This document shows, piece after piece, positions 38,021 through 50,579 of a stretch of 64,000 nucleotides of DNA. Both the position numbers and the translations under genes were made by a program. The stretch covers positions 41,788,001 through 41,852,000 of the forward strand of contig CM068745.1 of NCBI GenBank assembly GCA_035084275.1, given 5' to 3'. Position 1 is the stretch's first letter. Each line of letters begins with the position of its first letter. Source of the stretch: Hydrolagus colliei. Taxonomy: Eukaryota. Under the pieces are notes generated by a model. It worked only from the letters and a program-made list of their open reading frames with translations. It was not told the DNA's origin and did no database searches.

Positions 38021-38978
38021 GTGAGATTAACAATCCTAATTTACCTCAGTAAGTCTGTGTTGCTCCCAAAGGTAGGTTACATAGAAAGGCTGTGAGTAGC
38101 ATTGAAGTTGTCTTGGGAAATTGCACTGATTTAAGATACTAGAATGATGGACAGAATTATTAGTATAGGCAGCATAATTGCAGGAACATTGAACAGTAAC
38201 CTAATAATATGGTATAATAATAATTCTTACATTTGGTGTAGCACTCTTTATATCAGGAGGACATCCCAAGATGTTCCATGTGATACATTGTGATACTGTA
38301 CCGCAATATATACAGTGTGTTTTGCGAGTGATGTTTGTCTTGTCTAATGATTAGGAACAATGAAGGATAAAGATCTCCATTCCAGTCAGAGTCACATTTA
38401 TTACCCCATTTATTCATAATATTGTAACACCATCCCACTCATCTTACTTGTGATACTAAACAGGTCAGCATACAAGATTGACTTCAGTTGACAGGAAGGC
38501 ATTTTGTAAGATGTAGCTATGAAACAGTAATCAGAAGAGGGGAGAAAGCAGATATGAGTAGAGGTTAGAGATGAATAAAAAGTCTCAAAGATTCATTAAA
38601 TTCTAAAAATAAGACTTTGGATTAATTAATATTGAAAATTTCTCATGTATTTCTGAGAACTATGATAAATCTAAAAGATGTGAAAAGAGCTACATCAAAT
38701 GCAAGGATTATTATTATAAGAATATCCGTCGTGAAAGGCGCTCCATAAATGTAATTTTGTTGTTTGGTGTTGATACTGTAAAAATATGGCTAATAGTATC
38801 AACTTTTATTTAGATTTTACTGTTTGCATTTCATATTTAACATTTGTGGTTTGTGTAATGTTCATATGTCGTATAAATGTCTACCAAAAGAATGTGTGTG
38901 TTTCTTGGTGTTGGGGGAAAGGAAACAGAGCATCAGAAAACATACATTGTAAAATTTACATTTTTATTTTGCTTACAG

Positions 38979-39006
38979 AAACAAAGTTCCTTCATTTTCC
39001 CATCAG
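38979..39006 (+). CDS. Short cytoplasmic exon (R-NKVPSFSHQ)
   Basis: Acceptor tttttattttgcttacag, donor CAG|gtacgt, 28 nt, phase 2-0. Restores frame between the TM exon and the last exon. Confidence 0.72.
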
Positions 39007-40231
39007 GTACGTCATCTATAAAATATTTGAGCTATTTTGGTCTGCCTTTCTCAACTGCTTGATCTTATGGTTTATACTCATCTGTGAAGAAATTTCATCT
39101 TGGTCTAGGTTCACTCTATTTATCTAACACTTCAAAACATCTATGATATGGCGAATTGTTGATTTCAGTCTTAACTGAAGCATTTTTCTGTACTTCACAA
39201 AGCTTGAAACCTACCCCATTCTGCTATTTGACTATCAACTCTGAAAACCAGATCTAAAAACGAAATTATTAAATAATTTCATGAATTGTTTTTCATTTTC
39301 CTTTGATCTATCATTATTGATTTCCCCTCAATTGCAATTAACCATAATTACAGGAAAAATTATGGTACTTGGAAAACTCACTTCAGTAGTATAATTAATC
39401 AGCAAAGAATGCGTGTATTTATTTGATAACATAGGCAGATGAAATGTCTGAGATTTTGGTACAGTATTCAAAAATAATTTGGACCATTTTAAGAAATAAG
39501 CCAAGAAGGAATACAAATACGAAGAGGTCATTATGCCACTATTCTGCAACTTTAGAAGATATGGCAGTTCTTTTAATACTATTTGGCTGCCTAACTTCAT
39601 GTAATTGAAACATTAAAATATCTTCCAATATGTCTGCAAATCCAAATCAATAATTTATACATGGAACAGGAGATCTCCCAGTACAGATCTCTGATGCACC
39701 ACACTTAATAACTTAAACCTATTTTGACTGAACTCGGCTAATGACTACTCTTCACTTGATCCTGTTCAGCCATTTTGAATCCATGTCCATACTTCACCCT
39801 TGAAACCCAATGACATTGGTGTGTTTAACAGTCTCAGATACTTCATCAAAAATCTTTTGTAGTTCTAGGTATACTATGTACTTGTATATGGATTCCCACA
39901 TCAAAACATATTGATGAGGTTGGTTAGACAGAATCTTATCAAGCCATTCTAGCTCTGATTTATTAAGTTATCATCATGATTCATTCCTTTAGCTTTACAA
40001 TCATTGATGTCAGGCTAATGGGTCCGTAGTTATCATGTATGGATTTGACACCATTCTGAAGGGTATTACATTTTCTTGATGAGAATAAAGCACTACAGTA
40101 GTTAGAAACCTGTCCCACTCCCAGCTTGGGTGCCTATACAGCTGTGTGAAGTGCTCTGAGACATCTTCCCAACAGTGAAAAGTTATCTCCCCCTCTCTAA
40201 CTTCTCCTTAAAAACCTCCCAACAAGCCCCA

Positions 40232-40330
40232 GTTCTGACAAAGAGTCGTGGACCCAAAATGTTGACTCACTTTCCTCTCTCCATGGATACCGCCTGACCT
40301 GCTGAGTTTTCCCAGCAACTTCTGTTTTTG
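40232..40330 (+). mobile_element. Penelope-like 3' fragment with decayed hammerhead motif
   Basis: ctgacaaagagtcgtggacccaaaatgttgac...gcctgacctgctgagttttcccagc resembles the recalled shark repeat ctgacgaagggtctcg.cccgaaacgtcgac...gcctgacctgctgag. Confidence 0.55.
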
Positions 40331-40400
40331 TGAAAGTTTTTTTGCATTATTTTTGCATTGTATGGATTCTAGAATGAACTCCCAGATCTGTTACTTACAG

Positions 40401-40487
40401 AAAGAGCCGAAATCAAATGATTCCTTCATACATCTAGAGAACATTGTCTATGATTCACTGCAACAGCACAGGCAAAGAGAACTCTGA
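40401..40487 (+). CDS. Terminal cytoplasmic exon KEPKSNDSFIHLENIVYDSLQQHRQREL* with ITIM-like IVYDSL
   Basis: Acceptor ctgttacttacag, phase 0, TGA at 40485-40487. AATAAA at 40641-40646 is a candidate polyA signal. Confidence 0.72.
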   Translation, partial: KEPKSNDSFIHLENIVYDSLQQHRQREL

Positions 40488-42039
40488 ATGTGCACTGGAG
40501 AATAACAACAACAACACCAAAATTACATTTCTACAGCACCTTTCACGTCAGGAGGAAGTCACAAGGCCCTGGGAAGTACAGTTCTGTTAACTTATGGCTA
40601 TGATGTGTTAATTATCACCTGGTGTAATTATCATATTGGTAATAAATTTAGCCAATGTGATCAGTTGGTGTTTGGAGTCTGTATGACTAATTGCCTTTAT
40701 CAATGGTATAATATTAATTTGCACCAAAGTTAATTAACATATCACCGGGCACAATTATCTATTCTGTTGTAATGTGTTTGACTGACAAGTTTCTGTGCGC
40801 TTCAACAGGAATTTTCTACAGGACAATTCTTGCATAGGCTGGGGAAGACAAGCAGACATTGGAGAGCATGTGTGTGTGTTGGGAGTGGGGTGGTGAGTGA
40901 TTGTTAGTTACAGAAGGGAGGCTTCAGGGGAATACAAGACTATGGGCTGTCAAGAAGATGTTAGCACACCCTCCAGATTACTTTCATTCAATATTTGAAA
41001 CTTCATCACTAATATAGCAGAGATCAGATCGCTGTGATCACTACTGAGTGTAGATAATTGCAGAAACAAACACATATTCTACTGCTCATTGACACTTTAC
41101 ATTCGATTACTAATACACTGCATCAATACAATGGCTCTTTTTACATCTGGTCAGGTATCAATCATTGTTGCAAGATTGCAACAATGACAAATAGTTACAT
41201 TTAATTCAAAAGGATAATTTTAATTTTAAAAAGCATGCTAACACTGACAAATCATTATATTTGATTGATGTATCTTGAACTGTTTATTTTATAATACACA
41301 TAATGCATTGCTTAATGATTGCTAATAGGCTTGTGTAAATTGAAGGAGGGATGGGCTGAAAATGTATAATGATTTAATTTAATAATGAATAAGATTTATT
41401 TGTTTGCACCAAAAGAGAGAAAATGCATTTAGATGAATAGCAGCTAAATTATGAAGAAACTTTACTTTGCTACACCTATGACTTATTCATTATAATAATT
41501 TAAAAATAATAGACATAGTTTTGACAGTTGTTTTTTGTTTTACTATATTCATTCAGTACAAGTGTTGATTTTCCTCCTCTTATACAGAGAAAAAAAATCG
41601 TTTCCCATGGGATAATTATCACCAGTTATATGTAATTATCCTAAAAATGGACAATGCCGTTGTTTTGTATCCTCAAAAATGTGTCCTCAAAGATGAGCTA
41701 CCCGCCCCACTCCCTACAACATCTCCAAAACTGACTTTGTGCTCACTGGATTTTAATATAGTGATGGAACGCACTATTTGATTCCTCATCTCTATGCCGG
41801 TTTTTAATTTGATTCTTTTACTTTTGAAATCATTTTAGATCATCATTACAAAATGAGAAATTCACGTTCTCTGGGTCTCAATGCAAGATCAGTGTTAAAT
41901 AAGTATGAAGTGCCACCAAAGAGAATACAATCTCCTTCCAGACATTTATGGAGGAATGTGCGGGACATTAATTAGACCCCCAAAATTAAGTAGTCAATTA
42001 TATTAACCAAATCAAAATTGAAACAAGCACAAAACAAAA

Positions 42040-42470
42040 TTACATTTATAGAGGTGAAGGGACTGTGGCTTGGAGTTCCAGATTGCGGCGGCAGAGAAGC
42101 TGAAAGCCTGGCCACCAATGGTGGAGAGGGTCAGGCGGGAGACATGGAACAGACAGGAGCCTGTTGAATGGAAGGGGGCGGGCAGGTTCATAGTGAGTAA
42201 GCAGGTCAGAGAGTTAGAAAGGGGCAAGGCTGTAAATGGTCTTGAAAGTGAGGACGAGGATCCTGAATTTGATCCTCTGGGGTATGGGGAGCCAATGGAG
42301 CCAGGCGAAGGTGGGAGTGATGCGGTCGCGGAGCTTAGTGTGGGACAGGACATGAGCTGCAGAGTTCTGGATGATCTGCAGCTTGTGAAGGGAAGAGCCG
42401 GGACGGCCCATGAGGAGGGAGTTTCCATAGTCAAGCCTTGGTGTAACGAATGCATGGACATGCAAAAACA
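42040..42470 (-). mobile_element. L2 3' fragment
   Basis: RLDYGNSLL...LHWLPIPQRIKFRILVLTFK. Confidence 0.85.
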
Positions 42471-43455
42471 ATTGTTTTTTCTCAGCCTCAGTATTTTTAG
42501 CACCTAAAATTATTTGATGCGATGATCACTGAAAGTCTGGTTCAGAGGCTAGTCACACGCTGAAGTGCTCAAGTCAGTATTGTACATATGATTCTCATTA
42601 TCAGCCAGGATGATGTATGTTTAAGTAGCAGAAACTGAACATTCGCTATAGTAACCGAAACCACATTTGACATTTTACCTTCAATGTGTTGCACAATTCA
42701 CTGGACAAAGATGTCAATTATTAACCATCTACCTACTTTCACCCCAAAACAAAGATTACACATTGAAACAATCGGCCTCAAACCTAGCCTACCAGATCGA
42801 TAAAATGTGAATTTTGGTTGGGAAGAAGGTGAATGTGGTAATATAACTAAATGTCACCCTTAGAAACAATGGAGTTAATATTGATAGTGGAATATGGAGT
42901 CAATATGCTAAGGGAATAGTAAAGAAAGTCTGTGGTGTTTGATTTACAAGTGTAAGTTTGTTGATGTTAATAATTAACACTGATGTAAATTCACTTTAAA
43001 TCAAATGTATTTGTATTAGAAACTAAATACTGTACTTAGTGACTGTATTGCAACATTCACATTGAATAAAGTACTGTATATTATTAAGTGACCACCAGGT
43101 GACAGCAACCTCTTTTATTTTGAAATAGATTTTTGCTTGTTTTGTTTAAACACGTTAAAACATCATTAAACAACTATCTGGATCCGCTAAAGAAACTAGT
43201 CTCTCTCCAGCACAGGGTTTTCTTCCTGATACGGACTGAAACCTGAGATCATGATCAGGGAATTAAACACTGGGTGGGGAAGAGCACCCATTTTGCCCCC
43301 TTCAACATAACCCACCCCGAAAACACCTAATAAACAAGATTAACAAGAACATACTATAATTTGAATATTAAACATTCAAACAAAGATGGCAATGACAGAA
43401 CTATCAGAAGCCACCAGGGTGGCAACACAGCCCCCTGGTGGTGATGTGATGTTTA

Positions 43456-46035
43456 CACAACAACAACAACAAATTGCACTTATGGAGCGCCCTTCACGTC
43501 GGGAGGACGTCCCAAGGCGCTGCACAGGAGGCGTGTGACCTGAGCTGGGAGGGGAGTGTTCGGGAGGGGGTAAGAAACGTAGGGGAGGTCGAAGAATTAG
43601 GGGGGAACAGAAGGCACGGTCGAAAAGGAAAGTCTTCAAACCGGCCTTGAAAGAGGAAAGGGAGGAAACAAGACGGAGGGATTGGGGGATGAAGTTCCAA
43701 AGGGTGGGAGCGGAAAAACTGAAGGCCCGGCCTCCGATGGTGGGGCGGTTCAGGCAGGGGGCCTGGAGCAGGCCAAGTCCTGCTGAACGGAGGGTCAGGG
43801 TGGGCTTGTAGGGGGAGAGTAGGTCGGAAAGATAGGGCGGGGCAAGGCCATGTAAGGCCTTGAAGGTGAGGACGAGGATCTTGAACTCGATCCTCTGGAG
43901 GATGGGGAGCCAGTGGAGATGGGCAAAGGTGGGGGTTATGTGGTTGCGGAGGCGGGTGCGGGATCGTACATGGGCTGCAGAGTTTTGGATGGCCTGCAGC
44001 CTGTGAATGGAGGAGCTGGGGAGGCCGACAAGGAGAGAGTTCCCATAGTCCAGCCTTGAGGTGATGTACGCGTGCACGAGTGTTTCGGCAGCGTGGGGAG
44101 TGAGATAGTTGCGGAGCCTGGCAATGTTGCGCAGGTGGAAATAGGCGGTACCGGTCAAGGCGCGGATGTGGGGGAGAAAGGAGAGTTTGGGGTCGAACGT
44201 GATGCCGAAGTTCCTGACTGGCTTTGTGAGGTGGAGAGTACAGCCTTGGATGTTGATGCTGTCAGCGCCCGATGTGCGGAGGCGCTGGCTTGAGCCAATC
44301 AGGAGGGCCTCAGTCTTGCTCACGTTCAATTGGAGGAAATTGTCCCTCGTCCAGGACTCAATGTCGGTCAAACATGCTGTCAGAACATCGATGGTCTGGG
44401 GGTTGAGAGATGAGGCAGAGAGGTACAGCTGGGTGTCGTCCGCATATATGTGGAAGTTTACCCCATTTTGCGGATGACATTGCCCAGAGGGAGTATGTGA
44501 AAAGCAGGGGGCCAAGGACAGAGCCCTGGGGGACGCCATGAGAGACTGTACGGGGGTTTGAGGAAAAACTATTGGAGGATACGAAATGTAGGCGGTGGGT
44601 CAGGTAGGAGTGGAACCATTCAAGGACTGTGCCTTGAAGGTTGAGGTGGGAAGAAAGGCATTGGAGGAGGATAGTGTGATCAACTGTGTCGAATGCAGCA
44701 GACAAGTCAAGGAGGACGAGGAGGCAGAGGGAGCCCTGGTCGCAGGCGGTTAGGATGTCTTTAGTAACCTTGACCGTTACCGCAGTTACCGTGCTGTGAG
44801 CAGGGCGGAAACGTGATTGGAGGGGTTCAAGGAGTGAGTGAGTTGAAAGGAAAGAGCGGAGCTGGGAGGCAACCACTCTTTCAAGGACCTTAGAAAGGAA
44901 TGGGAGGTAGGTAATGGGTCGGTAGCTTGATGGCTGCGATGCATCAAGGGAGGGTTTTTTCAGGATAGCGGTGATGGTGGCTGTTTTAAGGGAGGTGGGG
45001 ACGGTGCCAGAGGAAAGGGAGAGGTTGATGGTGTCAGAGATGAGCGTGGCCAAGAGGTGGAGCTGGGTGCAGAGGAGGGAGGTGGGGATGGGGTCCAGTG
45101 AACACGTGGTGGGTTTCATGGAAGTGATTGTTCTTGTGACTGAGGACGGGGAGGTGGGGGTGAAAGTGTGAAAAGGAGGGTGGGTGGGGGGGGTGGAGTA
45201 ACGGATGGAAGGGCGGAGGTGGAGGAAAGGTGAGGGGGAGGAAACCGCAGAACGGATTCTCTCGATTTTGGACTCGAGGAAGTCCAGCATCTCCTCACAA
45301 CGTGCGTTAGAGGAGAGGGTTTGCGAAGCGAGGCGAGGGGGGGCGGAGGAGCTGGTTGTTGGTGGCAAAGAGGTGGTTGTCCTTCACTTCCAGGATTATC
45401 CTGGAGTAGAAGGCTGATTTGGCGGTGGCTAGGGCGGAGCAGTAATTTTTGATGCGGTCCAGCCAGATTTGCCGGTGGACCGTGAGGCCAGATTTGAGCC
45501 AGGTGCGTTCAACTGCTCTCACTTGGCTCTTGAGGGAGCGGAGGTGAGTTGTGTACCACGGTGATGATCGGGAGTGGGAGACAATTCGAGAGGTGAGGGA
45601 GGCCAGGGTGTCGAGGGTAGTGGAGAGGGTGTTGTGGAGTGTGGTGGAGGCAGAGGATGGGTCGGTACAGGAAGAGTGCCACAGGGGGAGGAGGTCGGAG
45701 GTTTCGAGGGCAACGGTGAAAGTTTGTCGGTGAATCTTCTTCCAGGGCCGGTAGAAGATGGTGGTGGGTTTGGAGGTGGAGGGGGGAGGGATAGAGGTGT
45801 TGAGAGAAATTAAAAAATTGTCTGAAATGGCTTTGTCGGTGATGGTGACGCCAGAGACGTTGAGGCCTCGGTTGATCACCAGCTCGAGCGGATGGCCGTG
45901 GATGTGGGTGGCAGTGTGAATGTGAAAGAAAAGGTTAAAGGACGAGAGCAAAAAGGAAAATTCAAAGGAGGTGGATCAGGAAGGGGTGAAATGGAGGTTG
46001 AAGTCGCCAAGAATGATGAGGCAATCAGAGGAGAC
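43456..46035 (-). mobile_element. L2-clade LINE, 5'-truncated, frameshifted ORF2
   Basis: Overlapping ORFs 43376-44539, 44358-45368 and 45307-45951 encode RT and late endonuclease motifs. (GTT)n tail. Confidence 0.95.
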
Positions 46036-49000
46036 CTGACTGTTCAGCGCTTTGGAACGTCCTCCCGACATGAAAGGTGCTCTGTAAGTGCAATTTTGTT
46101 GTTGTTGTTGTTGTTGTTACCAGAAGGACTCCTTGCTGTATTCCATTATTAAAGAATATTTGAAATTGCTGCATATTAAACCCCACTTCAAGAGCAGCTT
46201 CAAATGACAAACAAAATCACTTTCAATCTTTGGCATGTCCATCATAAAAGTTAAAAATTTAGGATTGGAAGTTGTCAAGCGTTTTAGCCACAACATGGCA
46301 TAAAGCACAAACTACATACAACAACACTGGCATTTATAAAGTGCTCTTCATGAGGGTAGCGAAAACTGCGTGCTATAAACCAAATATCAATAGAACAATG
46401 TACATAACTGCTTCTATTCAACCATTGTATACCACTCTAATATATTTAAGCAGTTTGAGACATCGATAAGATGTGGAAAGTGCTATATAAATGTAAGGAT
46501 TATTATTATATTTATCCTTTTTATTCTTTATTCCAAGTAACAGGGATTTTTAAAAATCAAAACACAGTGACACTTCAGTTGTGAATGTGAATTAGGAAGC
46601 AGGTGAATATGTTTAAAATCTAGACAAATTCAAACATATATTTGCATCTTGTATTTCATTAATCCAGTTAACATTTCCTAATCAAATTAAACAATACAGT
46701 GCTGAATTATTTGCAATGGATTCTTTGATTGAATGTTAGGATAGAAGTGATATACTCTGCACAACACATGTTATGCTTTCTCGAAATGTGTCATTTCTCA
46801 ATAGGTTCAGTAATAGCATCATTGTAGATATTGGGTAGAAAACACTGCGATTAATATCACATAACATACCACAATTTTCCTCTGGGAATTCCGTTGCCTT
46901 AAACTGTACAGACTGTATTCAACCTAAATCACAGGAAATCACTGAGGCTGAAGCGAACATTTAAAGGTATAAACTGGAAACATACATTGCAAAAAATATC
47001 TGATTGGAATAGTGCACATTTGATTTCTCTCAAAGCTTTTCTTGTGAGGTGCTCTATCAAAAGAACATGTTATGCTCTTTTTGTTCAACATAACAAAATC
47101 ATGGGCAGGGACAATAATCCATGTTTAAATTCACTATGTTTAATTTGCTGTGTACACATAAATAATTATATTCAAAGACACTAATCATCATAATAATAAT
47201 CCTTGAATTTGATGTAGCGCTTTTCACATCTTATAGACGTCTCAAAGCATTTCGGAGAATATACTGTACAGTGAATTGACAATATCTTGGGTAAAACGCG
47301 GCAGCCAATCGTATACAGCAGTGTCCCAGAAACATCATAATCCCAAATTACTATTTTTTTAAAAAGATTATTATCCTTGGAAAAGCGATCCATCAATCAA
47401 CTAACAACTGGGTGCCTACTTACTGTTAGGTAAACAGGTATTATATCAAGGTTGTGCATGGCATGCTTTGGTCAGATACTAAGATGTAATTCACGGGGTG
47501 ATCAGCAGATAGGAGAGGTTACCAAGAAAGTTGGATGAACACTGGGTTCATTTAAGGAATAACTTGATGTTTAAATGGGGAAACAATAGGATTGTGATCC
47601 TTGAAGGATGAGAGCAAATAAGTATTGTTTAACTAGTTTAAATAATTGCACTTTTAACACTGCGTGAGAAGCTTGTGAGTTGAGTTTCAAGTCGAGACTT
47701 TGATCTTATTGTCTATGTTGATCCTTCAGTCCAGGGGATGTGCTACATTGCCAAAGATATCATCTCAGATGCTAATGAAAAACTTCATCTGCCTCGTCGG
47801 GTGGACATTAAACATCCCTCAGCACTATTCGAAAAGAGAAGGGAGTTTCTTTCTGTGTCCCAGTCAATCATACCCCAGATTTAAGGATGCAAGGATTTAA
47901 TTTTTTTAAATCTAAATCTTTCTTGTGATTTGGGGATGTCTGTTTACCACTCACAAGAAAAATATCTTCATATGTAATGCTTATTCTGTTAAAATTCTCT
48001 GGCTCCGTCTGCTATTGTTGAAATGTATTGCGTGAACACATCATCTGTTATATTGGGAGGATGTCTCAAAGAGCCTCACAGAATTCATTGTAAAGTGTAG
48101 TGTAATGTTGTACATAGCAGTTCATTTGTGCATTTGCAATCAAGTGAATACTGTATCAATTTTATCTGGGGGATTGTTGGCCAGGACTCTGAAAGAAACA
48201 ACTCTTCTGAAGTAGAGCCTGGCTGAACAGTCAGATGGGACCTTATTTTAATGTCTCATCTAAAGAACCTCACTTCCGACTATGCAGAACTGCTCAAGCA
48301 GTGTGTTGAGTGTCAACTCAGACCTGTTCTGGCCAATATTTAAGCCATTAATCAAGATACTGTATATTCAGTTAAGAAAAAATTGCAAACACTAACGATC
48401 GAACACAAACTTACATAGACTTGTGTGAAAGTTCAGGGGTGGATTGTTGATGGGCCCTCTAGCCACAGTTTGGCTATTACTGCCCTAGGTTAGGAGCTCA
48501 CAGTTGTGACATGACTCTTAATCTCACGACCTTCCGATTCAGACGAGATAGTTAGATTGACACACACTGTCTTATGTATGAGGACAAACACAAATTTCCA
48601 ACGATGCTATTTTTAAAAGGATATTTATTTAAAAGAATGTCTGATTTGCTGTAACCATAGTGGAAAGCAGCTGCAGATAATGGTGTTCCAAGTTTCAACA
48701 TTTTTCATGAGCCAATTACAGTACAGGTATTTAGATTTTTTCAGTGATGCATACTTTATCATATTTATTTCAGCTTCGGCAAGAATATGTTAAGACAGCT
48801 GCTTCACTTTTTTTTCCAGATTTCTACAGTGTAATGAAAGTTAAATCCATAATTTTTCAGTAAATAAAAACAGATTTAACTTTTCCCTTTGTTAATTTCT
48901 CTGAGCCAGTTTATTTGTCTTCTGAAGATATTGGATTTTTAAAAATTCTCTTTCTACACCATCTTTTCTTGTCCTCCTCGAATTCCCTGCCACTTTTAGC

Positions 49001-50189
49001 ATTTTTGCCCATTCTATTCATCCTCATTGTCTCTCCTCTCGTATCCATTCCATGACACCACACATTCCTGCTTCCAAAATTATCACCAAACATATGTACA
49101 CATCCTTATGGAGTTAACATAGACACAAGATGAATATGCACAAGCTCACAACTCTTAGCTTTCACTAACCAGGCTTAAATAATATTGCATGTGTACACTC
49201 AGCCACATTTCAAGTTCTTTAAGCTGTGACCCCAGAATATAATCAGGATCAGCCCACCTTAGTCAAATAGCACAAATACTAGATTCTGAGAGAATCCACT
49301 CCAATAATACTCAGCTTCTGGGCCTAAACGTTGGCATTGCAATGCCGCAGATCTGCAATCCAGCTGAATAAGGTAAGCCTCTTACAAACCAAAGAACATG
49401 AAGGCAATATCAAGACAGCGGACACATCTGGTTGTACAGATGAGTTGCAGCAATTGCCAGTGATTGTGCAAGGCAATTATCATGCAGAAAGAATCTGGTT
49501 GATAATTGCCTTAAATTGGCTTTGGCTTAAATTTTTCAAATTCCTCCTGAGATTGTTATTACAAGGAACTCACTATAAGGAACTCACTATGAAACACCAC
49601 AAATCGAACCACATGATATCTTCTCTCTTACATATACTTTGAAGGGAAGTGGCATGAAAGCAAACTTCCGGACCAGATGCTCCTGTTCTGAAAAGTACTC
49701 GATGTTCTGTGAAAAGATGCTTTCTTTTTTATACTGCTGGATTTCTAATTGTGTTGGCCGACTCTCACTCACATATCATTGAGAAGAACTTGATGTTTTC
49801 TGCAGAATCTACTGGTTATTTGAAATAATGTGTAAATTAAGGATTGTAGCAATTGGTGCTTGTACAATTCTGTTAAGTAAATCACCCTCTAAATTATACA
49901 AAAAACAAATGCTTTATCCATACCTTTACTAAACAATACAAATTGATTTAAATAATATGTATGGATCATAGGCTTTGTGTACCTAGCAGCAGGCAGAATT
50001 GGGAGTTCCTAAAACTAAACACATCTCTACAGAACAGGTAACACAATGTTACTGTGAATGTAAAAGGGGTGTTCAATGGGGGTTTATCACATAAAGTTCT
50101 TAAAATATGAGCCTCGGGAAAGTCACTCATAGGATTACCACTGAATAGCACCTGCATTTTCTTTTGAGCTTAAGCTTGTCCTGTTTGTT

Positions 50190-50510
50190 TGGAGCAGGGA
50201 GCAGTTCATCTCCACATCAATCTTTATCTTCTAGCAACATCTCCTCGTCCCCTTACTTTCATTCCGATTCACCTCAAAACAGCCCACAATAACCCCCACG
50301 GTGAAGAAACCGTCCCTGGACCATCCCTGCTTTCCAATTCCCGGCCCATCTCCAACCAACCTTTTCTAAACCTGAAGATCTTTATTTTCGACTATGCTTT
50401 TGGTCACCTTCTCCCCTCTCCCTCTAGCTCAGTCCAGGGATCCGTTATTGGGAAGCACTCTGAGATGCCGTCTAGTGTGGAGGATACTATATAAATCCAA
50501 GTGGTTGTTG
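50190..50510 (+). mobile_element. Degraded L2 3' fragment (second subfamily)
   Basis: Ends gcactctgagatgccgtctagtgtggaggatactatataaat. Confidence 0.7.
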
Positions 50511-50579
50511 TTCTTTCCAAGTTTTTTGAAAGCCGCCTCTTCCTAGCTTCGCTCTTTTCTCCTCCATTGGTTCTTCTCT

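Noticed and set aside
41588-41800. Alternative last exon after tatacag
   Set aside because: Phase 0 gives only RKKIVSHGIIITSYM*. The 40401 exon is closer and carries a signalling motif.
43228-43248. ctgatacggactgaaac as a hammerhead core
   Set aside because: Does not match CUGANGA, and no stem II or flanking stems can be formed.
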